From Octopus vulgaris (lineage: Eukaryota), in assembly GCA_951406725.2 (NCBI GenBank), contig OX597827.1:15934001-15998000 (forward strand): 64,000 nt of DNA. The letters are read 5' to 3'. The notes under the pieces were generated by a model. The model was not told where the DNA came from. It saw only the letters and a list, made by a program, of their open reading frames with translations, and searched no databases. The position numbers and the translations under genes were made by a program. Below, in pieces: positions 49,682 to 61,598 of this stretch. Within the stretch, counting starts at the first letter, position 1; every line of letters starts with the position of its first letter.

Positions 49682-51103
49682 TGGACAAATGAAAGAAGTG
49701 GGACTCAACACATTCAGTAGGAATTACATGCATCATTTATTTAATAACAGTTTGACTCAGCCCCATGCAACTTAATGTTTGATAGGCTCAAAGTATTATA
49801 CTTGTGGGAGGGCTGAGGGAACCCAACAAAGCTGCATAGAACGGAGTCAAAATGTTATTAACCCTTTCGTTACTGTATTTATTTTGAGGTGCTCTGTGTT
49901 TCTTTCAATTACTTTAAATATAACAAAGAATTATTAAAATAATGTAGTCATCATTAACCCTTTCATTACCTTATTTCTGTTGAGATACTCTGTGTTTCTT
50001 TCAATTAATTTTAAATATAACAAAGAATCATTAAAATAATGTAGTCATCATTAAGCTAGTGTTAGGAACAAATTGTGACTAAGATTTGGTGGATGATTTT
50101 AATTCAGATCTTTTGAAAACAAGACATTTGTATTACAGAGCCAGAGGTGGTTTCAGGCGGGTTGGTATCAAAAGGGTTAACAATACATGTACATACACAA
50201 GTTCACATTAACAACATACATTATTAATAACACACACATACACACATATATAAATAATATATAAACACAATATCAATGGTACGCACACATTATTAACAAT
50301 ACATATAATATATATATACATATGTGTCTTCTGCTATAGCCCCGGGCCGACCAAAGCCTTGTGAGTGGATTTGGTAGACAGAAACTGAAAGAAGCCTGTC
50401 GTATATATGTATATATATATATATATGTGTGTATGTGTATGTGTGTGCGTTTGTCCCCCTAGCATTGCTTGACAACCGATGCTGGTGTGTTTATGTCCCC
50501 GTCACTTAGCAGTTCGGCAAAACAGAGACCGATAGAATAAGTACTGGGCTTACAAAGAATAAGTCCCGGGGTCGATTTGCTCGATTAAAAGGCGGTGCTC
50601 CAGCATGGCCGCAGTCAAATGACTGAAACAAGTAAAAGAGTAAAAAGAGATATATATACACATTCCAAGAAATGAGAGAAAAATAAAAAAAAACAAATAA
50701 TGTCACGAAAGAATTGCAAATGAGTGTTAATGTCAAGTCGGAGCTGCTCCGAAGCATATGACATGGCAGAGCTGTTTATGACATCATAACTATGTATAAG
50801 AACAACAGAAGCAACAGCAGCAACAACAACAACAATTAACAAGAACAGCAACAACAAACTTAACACCAACAAAAACAGGCCAAATCTCTTTTCTCTTTAG
50901 CAATAATTGTTTCCCTTTCCTGCTGTTGCCCTGCTGTTCTTCTTGTAGTGAAAAACTGTTCAGTCGAAAGATTTTTTCCAGCACGTGCCCTGCACTTTCT
51001 TTCTCCCTCCCTCGCATGCACACGTGCATACACACACATACACGCACGCACGCACACACACACACGTATATTCTCTCACTCTCTTTCCTTCTTTGATAAT
51101 CTA

Positions 51104-51652
51104 ATGGAGAACTTTCTTACCTGGAGTATTGCACAGGTAGACACAACTTCTTTCACCTCCCCACACAAGTCCCAGCAGTGTGACGACAACAACAACAATA
51201 ACAACAACAACATCAACAACAACAACTACGACAGCTACAGCAAAAATAAGGACAGCGAAGACAACGCACTGGAGATTCGATTATCGGCAATCTGTGCCGG
51301 AATCTTACTTCTAGTTACAATCTTCTTGACCACTGTCGTCTACGTGTCGAATATGTTCAACAATGCGGGGCTAGCTCTGTGGGAGGGCTGGGGAAACCCA
51401 ACGACAAAGACAAAACGAGAGAAGGCTCGATGCTGGTGCGATGTCATAGCTCGGGCCCTGCTGGCTCCCAAGACGGAGAAGGTGACACCAAGAGAAAGTT
51501 CAAACCCTGTGAGTTGTGGTGAAAATGATGTGACCGACAGCAGAAGCAGCAACAGTAAGATAGAACGATCTCTTATTATCAGAAAGCAAAATGATAAATT
51601 ACTGACCAAGAAGAAATACCAAGAATTAAGGATTGTCATTGACTTTCGGTGA
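51104..51652 (+). CDS. Unrecognised ORF or first exon with poly-Asn and one hydrophobic TM-like segment
   Basis: ATG 51104 within a 234-codon open frame in non-repeat sequence; LSAICAGILLLVTIFLTTVVYV; ends at possible donor CG|GTGAGA (51648/51649) overlapping the stop. Confidence 0.55.
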   Translation: MENFLTWSIAQVDTTSFTSPHKSQQCDDNNNNNNNNINNNNYDSYSKNKDSEDNALEIRLSAICAGILLLVTIFLTTVVYVSNMFNNAGLALWEGWGNPTTKTKREKARCWCDVIARALLAPKTEKVTPRESSNPVSCGENDVTDSRSSNSKIERSLIIRKQNDKLLTKKKYQELRIVIDFR

Positions 51653-51723
51653 GATTCTGTTGAGATTTTTGCCCTTCTCTATTTTAGCCTCCCGTCAAAT
51701 ATTTTAAATGTAGCACCACCGTT

Positions 51724-52418
51724 TGTATTTAGTGTGTTCTTCCATCATATTTAGGCCATAATGTTGCATTCTATGAAACCCCAGGTCAGCACTGACCAAA
51801 CAGATCTGTAACCGAAAAACATTCAAGGAGTAAGCTTATTTTCTTTTCCCCCTCTGTACTAGATTATCCTGGATAACAACATTATCCAATTTGTCCTTAT
51901 GTTAAGATGGTATGGTCTGGTTTGAGGGAGATTTAGCTGTGATTTTTTGAAAACTGAGCAACTGTATTTAGTATGTTCTTTCATCTTTCTGAACACATTT
52001 TAGGTCACAATGTTGCATTCCATGAAACCCAAGGGATGAGTGTAATTTCTTTTCCCCCTCTGTACTAGAGTATCCTGGACAACATTATCCAATTTGTCCT
52101 TATGTTAAGATGGTCTGATTTGAGGGAGATTTAGCTGTGATTTTTTTTTGAAAATGGAGCAACTGTATTCAGTATGTTCTTCCATCTTTCTGAACACAAT
52201 TTTAGGCCACAATGTTGCATTCCATGAAACCCAAGGTTAGCAGTAACCAAGCTGATCTACGACCGAAAACATTCAAGGGATGAGTGTACTTTCTTTTCCC
52301 TCCTCTGTACTAGAGTATCCTAGACAACAGCATTATCCAAATTGTCCCTATTTTAAGATAGTAGGGTTCTGATTTGAGGGAGATTTAATTGCGATTTTTT
52401 GCACATGGAGCAACTGCA
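51724..52418. repeat. Three imperfect tandem copies of a ~200-255-bp unit
   Basis: GTATTTAGT...TTTAGGCCA(C/T)AATGTTGCATT...CTCTGTACTAG...TTTGAGGGAGATTTA recurring at ~51724, 51964, 52164. Confidence 0.75.
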
Positions 52419-55400
52419 TAGATCTGGCATGGGTAACCATTTTCAAGAAGTGGGCTGCACGAGACGTGGGTCATCATCAGGTGAACTACGCTACTAAGGG
52501 AACTGAAAGAACTATTTTGTAAGGCATTGCCATTTAGAAGACCCCCTCAAACTGCAAGCTGCTCATGAGAGGCATAGAGACCCCACTTATCACAGTCTAT
52601 CTTGGCATTGAAGTTTAGCCCCCAAGTCATTGGTGATCCAGTGGACCTGATCAACATTATTCAAGCTGAACCCATTCTGTCCAGGTTTAAACCTGGACAT
52701 AATGGGCTCAGCCGGAATATTCAATCATCATCATCCTCATCATTTAACGTCCGTTCTCCATGCTAGCATGGGTTGGACGGTTCGACCGGGGATCTGGGAA
52801 GCCAGAAGGCTGCAGCAGGCTCCGGTCTGATCTGGCAGTGTTTCTACAGCTGGATGCCCTTCCTAACGCCAACCACTCCATGAGTGTAGTGGGTGCTTTT
52901 TACGTGCCACCTGCACTGGTGCCAGGTGAGGCTGGCATCGGCCACGGTCGGATTGGTGCTTTTTACGTGCCACCGGCACGGAAGCCAGTTGAGGCGGCTC
53001 TGGCATCAGCCATGATTCGGATAGTGCTTTTTACGTATCTCCAGTCCAGGGGTCCTGGCATCTGCCGGGTGACAGTCATAGGATTGGTTCAATTTCGATT
53101 TCACTTGCCCCGGATATGTTCAGCATAAATGCTAGAGGGTTAAACTGTCTTATAATGGCAGGCAAGAGCCTCTATGTTATTGCTTGATGTGTTAAAAATA
53201 ACAGGCATGGATATGTGATTGAGAAGTTCACAGGCGCAGGAGTGGCTGTGTGGTAAGTAGCTTGCTTACCAACCACAAGGTTCCGGGTTCAGTCCCACTG
53301 CGTGGCATCTTGGACAAGTGTCTTCTGCTAAAGCCCCAGGCCGACCAATGCCTTGTGAGTGGATTTGGTAGACGGAAACTGAAAGTAGCCTGTCGTATAT
53401 ATGTATATATATGTGTGTGTTTATGTTTGTGTGTCTGTGTTTGTCCCCCTAGCATTGCTTGACAACCGATGCTGGTGTGTTTACGTCCCCGTCACTTAGC
53501 GGTTCGGCAAAAGAGACCGATGGAATAAGTACTGGGCTTATAAAGAATAAGTCCCGGGGTCGATTTGCTCGACTAAAGGCGGTGCTCCAGCATGGCCGCA
53601 GTCAAATGACTAAAACAAGTAAAAAAGAGAAAAAAAGAGAAAACCTATGATTTCAAGTTCAGTCCCACTGCATGGCATCTTGGGGGAATGTTTTCTACTG
53701 CAGCCCCTTGTTGACCAAAGCTGTGTGATTGAATTTGACAGGGAGAAATTGAAAAGAAGCCTCTTTTACAAGTGTTGAGGGAGGGTTTCTATCTACTTGT
53801 TATGGCATTCTGTGCTAATTTTAAACTAAATTATTCAATGTGATCTTCCTTCTTTCTAAGATAGTAAGGTGTGATTTGAAGGAAATTTGGCAACTGGCTC
53901 TGTCAGGTGGGTAGAGGTTTCAGCAGTGCAATAAGTTGCATGTCAGTCAATGTTTTAATTGCCATAGTTGGAATGCCTTTAATCTTGCTTATTCGGAGTC
54001 AGCTCCGAATAAGCAAGATTAAAGACATTCCAACTATGGCCATTTCATCTTTATATCAGGCAGTATCAGCAAGGACTATGTTATCCAATGTATCCCTTTT
54101 TTAAAACAAAAATTGTGTAATATGACAAGAGACATTTGGTTGTTATTTTTAGCGGGTCTTGTAGTTTCAAACAGGCTCCATGATTGCATCATAAAGGTCT
54201 GCTTTGATCAAAGGTGTTCCAACTCAGACCAATTCATCTGTTTTTAATAACCACAATATATCTAAGATATGTCAAAATCAAAATCGAAACCGATCAACAT
54301 CAATGGAAATTGTAGCTGTGATACCAGTGCCAGTGGTACGTAAAAAGAACCATCCGAACGTGGCCGTTGCCAGCGCCGCCCGACAGGTAAAAAGCACCAT
54401 CTGATTGTGGCCTTTGCCAGCTTTGCCTGGCACGTAAAAAGCACCCACTACATTCACGGAGTGGTTGGCGTTAGGAAGGGCATCCAGCCGTAGGAACATT
54501 GCCAGATCAGACAGGGCCTGGTGCAGCCTTCTGGCTTCCCAGCCCTTAGTCAAAATCGTCCAACCCATGCTAGCATGGAAAGCGGATGCTAAACGATGAT
54601 GATGATGATGATGATGATGAGACATTTGGCCATTATTTTTAGCGGGTCTAATTTCAGACAGGCTCCATAATTGCTTCATAAAGGTCTGCTTTGATCAAAG
54701 GTGTTCCAACTCAGACCAATTCATCTGTTTTTAATAACCACAATATATCTAAGATTACAATATTGGACATGTACTTCTATTTTCTAAGATAGTAGGATAA
54801 ATTTGAGGGAGATTTGGATCCAAGCAGCTCAAGTGAATATCCCACACTGCTGCCTTCTATCAATTCTAATGTCTCATATATTCCATAGCTTTTCCATATA
54901 ACAATATTCCTTATCTTGTTGTTGCTTGTTCTTTTATAAAGGAGAATGTTTTGTTACAGACATAAGAATGGTACTTGTAAAAGACCTCAGTTCTGACTGA
55001 GCATATCTATGATGAAAATCATTATGACCTTGAGCAATTTTCTCTCAAAACACTTAAACTTTGTCATACATGCACACTAATATCGCACATCCAGCGAAGC
55101 ATACTAGCTTCATTTCTTTCAAGTCTTCACATGTCGTCCGCAATCACAGCCGAGGTTTCACTGCTGTATAGCATGACTGCTTGCACACAGGCATCATACA
55201 ATCTGCCTTTCACTATGAGAGGCCCTTTGTTCCCAATATATATATATATTATTTCTTTACTACCCACAAGGGGCTAAAGCAGAGAGGACAAACAAGGACA
55301 GACAAATGGATTAAGTCGATTATATCGACCCCCAGTGCATAACTGGTACTTAATTTATCAACCCCGAAAGAATGAAAGGCAAAGTCGACCTCGGCGGAAT

Positions 55401-55926
55401 TCCTTGACAAATGTATATATATAGGTGCAGGCATGGCTGTGTGGTACCTTGGACAAGTGTCTTCTACTATAGCTTCGGGCTGACCAAAGCCTTGCGAGTG
55501 GATTTGGTAGATGGAAACTGAAAGAAGCATGTCATGTATATGTGTGTGTGTGTGTGTGTGTGTTTGCCCCCCCCCCCTCCGCTATTGCTTGACAACAAAT
55601 GTTGGTGTGTTTATGTCCCCGTAACTTAGCAGTTCGGCAAAAGAGACCATTAGAATAAGTACTAGGCTTACAAAGAATAAGTCTTGGGGGTCAATTTGTT
55701 CGACTAAAGGCGGTGCTCCAGCATGGCCACAGTCAAATGAATGAAACAAGTAAAAGAGTAAAAGACAGCACACACACACACATAAATCTGTGATTGTGAA
55801 TGTGTGTGTGTGTGTATGTGTGTGTGTGTATGTGTTTATGTTAAGGCCACATAAAACTGGTGATGCTATTGAAGTGGAGCAATGCAGTAGTTCAACAGAT
55901 ACACATTGATAAATTAAATACCAAAC

Positions 55927-57343
55927 ACGGGACTGTCACGTTTAGTTGACAGTATACAACCGCTCTATCACCTCACCACTGCTCATATCTCTTCGAGATA
56001 TTTAGAAATTTAATATTTCTAATTTTGGTGATCAGTGAATAGATTTCACTGAAAATATATATATTTGCAAAGTCTTGCAGGCATCTCAACTAGCAGGACT
56101 TACTACCCTAGACTCGGAAACAGCCATATCTTTAGATGCAGGCCTAGCTTTTGGGGGTGCTTGTCTCCCCTTAGCAAATATAAGGACAGAGGAAATGTCT
56201 CAAAGCCGACAGGAAGCGTCAATGCTTCCTAGGGCTAAATAGCGGTGGTGTGATTCGCTTTACGGGACTGTCACATTAAGTTGACTGTATACAACCGCTC
56301 TATCGCCTCACCACTGCTCATATCTCTTCGAGATATTTAGAAATTTAATATTTCTAATTTTGGTGATCAGTGAATAGATTTCACTGAAAATATATATATT
56401 TGCAAAGTCTTGCAGGCATCTCAACTAGCAGGACTTACTACCCTAGACTCGGAAACAGCCATATCTTTAGATGCAGGCCTAGCTTTTGGGGTGCTTGTCT
56501 CCCCTTAGCAAATATAAGGACAGAGGAAATGTGTCAAAGCCGACAGGAAGCGTTCGATGCTTCCTAGGGCTAAATAGCAGTGGTGTGATTCCCTTTACGG
56601 GACTGTCACGTTAAGTTGACTGTATACAACCGCTCTATCGCCTCACCACTGCTCATATCTCTTTGAGATATTTAAAAATTTAATATTTCTAATTTTGGTG
56701 ATCAGTGAATAGATTTCACCGAAAATATATATATTTGCGGAGGCTTGGCAAACACCTCAACTAGCAGGACTTGCTACCCTAGACTGATGACAAGCAATGT
56801 ACTCAGAAACATGCATGTCTCTGGATGCAGGCCCTAGCTGTTGGGGGTGCTTGTCTCCCCTTCGTAAATATAAGGGCACAAGAAATGTGTCAAAGCTGAC
56901 AGGAAGCGTCGATGCTTCCTAGGGCTAAATAGCAGTGGTGTGATTCCCTGTACGGGACTGTCACGTTAAGTTGACAGTATACAACCGCTCTATCGCCTCA
57001 CCACCACTCATATCTCTTCGAGATATTTAAAAATTTAATATTTCTAATTTTGGTGATCAGTGAATAGATTTCACCGAAAATATAGATATTTGCGGAGGAT
57101 TGGCAAACACCTCAACTAGCAGGACTTGCTACTCCAGATTGATGACGAGCAAGACTGAAAAACATGCATGTCTCTAGATGCTGGCTCTAGCTGGTGGGGG
57201 CTTCTCGTCTCCCCTTAGCAAATATAAGGACAGAGGAAATGTCTCAAAGCCGACAGGAAGCATCGATGCTTCCTAGGGCTAAATAGCAGTGGTGTGATTC
57301 CCTTTACGGGACTGTCACGTTTAGTTGACAGTATACAACCACT
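55927..57343 (+). mobile_element. Tandem array of 335-355 bp structured units with type I hammerhead ribozyme (non-LTR retrozyme-like)
   Basis: Unit starts (CGGGACTGTCAC) at 55928, 56263, 56598, 56953, 57307; many internal hairpins; hammerhead core CTGATGA...GAAA-CATGCATG-TC in unit 3, variant in unit 4, deleted in units 1-2. Confidence 0.8.
56779..56824 (+). ncRNA. Type I hammerhead ribozyme motif (stem II partly mutated)
   Basis: ctaga-CTGATGA-caag caatgta ctca-GAAA-catgcat-GTC-tctgg. Confidence 0.75.
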
Positions 57344-59172
57344 CTTTTAAATAACCACTGGGATGACTATACTTGGCTAAACCCTTGAAGGCAGTGCTTC
57401 ATCACGACCACGTTCCAGTAAGTGGTAAAAGACGAAATGAACACCATACTTAATTAAATTCATTTCTGTAATTGTAATTGCAACAATTAAGTTATGCTAT
57501 TTACAAACATGCTTGACATGGTTGTGTCTTTGGTTACACCCTGATTCCCAGTTAACCTTTACATCTGTACTTATATATTTACACACTCCTACACACACAT
57601 CTACATAGGTATAATCAGATCTCAGCATACTTTTCTTTTCTGGTAGTGAAACAATTATTTCATATTTAGACACAATTAAAAAAACAAAAAAAACACTTAA
57701 AACTAACAGAAAGAGGCAGCAAAGACAGAGAGAATAAGAAAATTAATTAAAACTCAAGACACAGTGATGTCACAAACTTTGCTGTGTCGTACTGTATTCC
57801 TTCCTTTTTAAGTTTAAACTTCCTCTCTTTTTTCTCTCTCACTCAATGCATCCACCACCACCATCATCACCACTCTCTCTTTTACTCGTTTCAGTCATTT
57901 GACTGCGGCCATGCTGGAGCACCGCCTTTAGTCAAGCAAATCGACCCCGGGACTTATTCTTTGTAAGCCCAGTACTTATTCTAGCGGTCTCTTTTGCCGA
58001 ACCGCTAAGTGACAGGGACGTAAACACACCAGCGTCGGTTGTCAAGCAATGCTAGGGGGACAAACACAGACACACAAACATATACACACACACTTATATA
58101 TATATACATATATACGACAGGCTTCTTTCAGTTTCTGTCTACCAAAATCCACTCACAAGGCTTTGGTCGGCCCGAGGCTATAGTAGAAGACACTTGCCCA
58201 AGGTGCCACGCAGTGGGACTGAACCCGGAGCCATGTGGTTGGTTAGCAAGCTACTTACCACACAGCCAGTCCTGCGCCTTACCTGTTTACTTTTTACATT
58301 ATTTAAATTACTTCCTTTAATGTTATGCAAAAGATGGATGGACAGGTAAGACTGAACTACTGTATATCTAAGTATATAGATTTGGTGCATCTCCAGTTTC
58401 TGTCTGATAAAATAACAATTAGAAATAGCAGCCAAATCTTCAAATCATATTTTAAAAAAAGGAAGGAAAGGGAGGGAGAATACACTGGATGAATGTACCC
58501 TGAAGTTACCATATTCAAATAAAAACAAGATTATAGGTCTTTCAAATTTGGGTTGACCTAGGGTTAAGCAAAACCTGGTATAAAACCTGCAAGAAATAGC
58601 AGCCAATGCTTTTTTCAAATGGCTACCCTTCCTACCATTTTGAAAAGGGGAGAGACATATTGGGTAATGTCATGCTAGATATGGACTGTTCAAGAATGGG
58701 ATGGATTGTCCTGGAGATAAACAACAACTAGAATAAACAGACAATTGTCAAGGAATTTGAGAAGAAATTCCAAATATGGAAGCAAAGCCTGAAATCATGA
58801 GGCCTCAAAACAAGGCTTCAAATAGGGCACATTCAAGTGCATTAATGCTTATGGGGAACCTAACCTTGCATATAGGACTCCAGATGATTTTTTAAAGACA
58901 TTTCTTTTAAAAGTGTATCTTATGTGTCATTAAGTATAGTATGCTATGGGTGCACAAGAGGTTCAGTAGAATTAAATGATAGTAATGAAATTATTGTATA
59001 GGCACAGAAGTGGCTGTGTGGTAAGTAGCTTTCTAACCAACCACATGGTTCTGGGTTCAGTCCCACTGCGTGGCATCTTGGGCAAGTGTCTTCTGCTATA
59101 GCCCCGGGCCGACCAATGCCTTGTGAGTGGATTTGGTAGACGGAAACTGAAAGAAGTCCGTCGTATATATGA

Positions 59173-59206
<34 letters not shown>

Positions 59207-59425
59207 GTTTGTGTGTCTGTGTTTGTCCCCCTAGCATTGCTTGACAACTGATGCTGGTGTGTTTACGTCCCCGTCACTTAGCGGTTCGGCAAAAGAGACC
59301 GATAGAATAAGTACTGGGCTTACAAAGAATAAGTCCCAGGGTCAATTTGCTCAACTAAAGGCGGTGCTCCAGCATGGCCGCAGTCAAATGACTGAAACAA
59401 GTAAAAGAGTAAAAGAGAGAGAGTG

Positions 59426-59672
59426 CCCAGGTGCACCACAACTTGTCGAAAAGTGCGTATAAAGTATATGCAGTAATGTACAAATGTCTGGATAGCGAAC
59501 AGTGTATGAGTCAGATACATGCTTGCGTGTGTATGGAGGGGAGAAAATCAGGTGTAGTGTTGGCGAATCTCAGAAAGCATGGAAGTTTTGAAGGATGCAG
59601 TGCTCCGACAACTAACAACTGATGCCGGCAGTCTGTTCCATGCTTCAGCAACTCTTAGCGTGAAAAAATGTT
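59426..59672 (-). mobile_element. CR1-like LINE 3' end
   Basis: HFFTLRVAEAWNRLPASVV...SFK motif; related to the insert at 47610-47866. Confidence 0.7.
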
Positions 59673-60299
59673 TCCAGAGAAAGATTTTGTAGGTGCCAGG
59701 TAAAGAAGAGTAATTAGTAGTTAGCACTAGAAACACCCATGTAATAAAATAATTCAAATGTTCCACAGGTATCCTAGAAGAAACTGATAGCTTCTGTTAC
59801 CAAGGTAACTTAATTAGCAGTGAAGGAGGGTATTCTGAAAGCAAAATTACTCAAAGTAAGAACAGAATGAGGAAAAAAATCAGGGAGCTTTTACCTGTGC
59901 AGGTAACAAGAGGATATTTTTCAAGTGAAAGGCAGATTGTCATAAAAATGAAAATACCACAGCCATCACTCACAAGCAAGTATGATTTAGTAATTGTTTT
60001 AGGTTTTTGGATTTGGTAGTTTGCTTTCGCTAAATGTTTTAGGTTCCTATGAAATAGTGAGCAAACAGAGACACCCTGCCAGCAGTCCCGTCCCTTGATC
60101 CAGCAGTACATCAAGGATATGACAGCAAGAAGGAGAAAGGTCTGCACCAGTACATAACTGGTACTTACTTTCAGTTTTTTAGACTGAATCAATTCTCTCA
60201 AAAGCTCAGAGGGCTCTACAGAGGTAGTTGATAGCCTATGTCACATAAGTGACCAAGTAAGCAGTGAAGGAGGGTGGTCTGAATACATAGAGACTAGAA

Positions 60300-60500
60300 C
60301 AGTGGTTTTCAACCAGGGTTCCGCGGAACCATAGGGTTCCGCAAGAGGTTACAAAACTGCTAAAATCGGCAGTAATTTTTAATTCTCCTGTGCAGATATG
60401 TGTGCATAAATAAGACTATTAAATTATTGCACAGGGGTTCCTCGAGCCAGTGGAATGTTTCCTTGGGGTTCCGCTCCAGCAAAAATGTTGAAAAGCACTG
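60300..60500. mobile_element. hAT-type MITE
   Basis: CAGTGGTTTTCAAC...GTTGAAAAGCACTG termini; 8-bp TSD GACTAGAA. Confidence 0.85.
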
Positions 60501-61386
60501 GACTAGAATAAAAATGGGAAGGAAAATGTTCAGGGAGCATTGTATGATACTTGTGTCATCGTTGCCACTGCCACCGCCACTACTTTTCCATGCTTGCATG
60601 TGTTAGACAGAATTTGCAGAGATATATTTTCTACGGCTGAATGCTCTTTCTGTCACCAACCCTCACCTACCTCCAAATGAGAAAATATCATCCTTGACCG
60701 GGCACATTTTCATAGTAAGCTAGAAACAATTGACATCAGTTGTATGACGACGATGCTTACTTGTGACTCTCATCTGATTTTAAGACAAAGTGACGCATAC
60801 ATATGACAGACATCAGTTTGTGTTTACCAAATCCACTAACTAAATCTTTAGTTAGTCCAAGGTTATAATAGCAGAAGAAACTTATTCATGGTGAAATGCA
60901 ACCATATGGTTGGCAAATGAACTTCTTAACAAAAAGGACGCATTGTTAAGAAGATGGCTTCACAACCATGAGATTTTGGGTTCTTTCTCTCTGCAAAGAA
61001 CTGTGGGTAGATGTCCACTATGGGGGCTGCTCAATGCCTTGTTAATGGAATTAGTAGACTAAAACTACCAGAAGTCAATCATTTATGTGTGTATATGTGT
61101 GTTTTTTAGACTGAATCAATTCTCTGGGTACCCATATATGCATGTATATATACATGTAGAGGTAGGTACGTACATATATGTATGTATACATGCATATGTT
61201 TTATTTATTAATTTATATATATATAAATACAGTTAGCGGGTTAGATGTGTTGCTATGGCCATCTCTGTATTTATATGAATAATATAAAGACTATTGACTA
61301 GTTTTTTTCTTCATGCTAGACCATAGGTAGCAAAAAATTTCTAAATAATTTTTTGCTACCCTGAAATTTATATCTATATCTATATA

Positions 61387-61414
<28 letters not shown>

Positions 61415-61418
<4 letters not shown>

Positions 61419-61598
61419 ACAAAGAGGGTCTTTGCAACAAGTTGCTAGACCACATACCGAAAGTATTAGAAAAAATATGTCTCCACAGACAACAGTATTT
61501 GCAACTCATTATGTGGCAAAAACAGTCCTCTGGCTGCTATTTCTAATACCTTCGGTATGTGGTCTGGCAACTTGTTGCAAAGACCCTCTTTGTTATAA
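61415..61598. repeat. Foldback with ~58-bp arms next to (TA)n
   Basis: TATAACAAAGAGGGTCTTTGCAACAAGTTG...GTATTAGAAA pairs with TTTCTAATAC...CCTCTTTGTTATA. Confidence 0.8.

Noticed and set aside
55927-57343. CRISPR-like or simple satellite reading of the tandem array
   Set aside because: No unique spacers, eukaryotic context; units are full-length repeats with a hammerhead core.
60040-60140. Possible downstream exon of the 51104 ORF
   Set aside because: Coding-like composition but no convincing splice sites or homology; cannot be supported.
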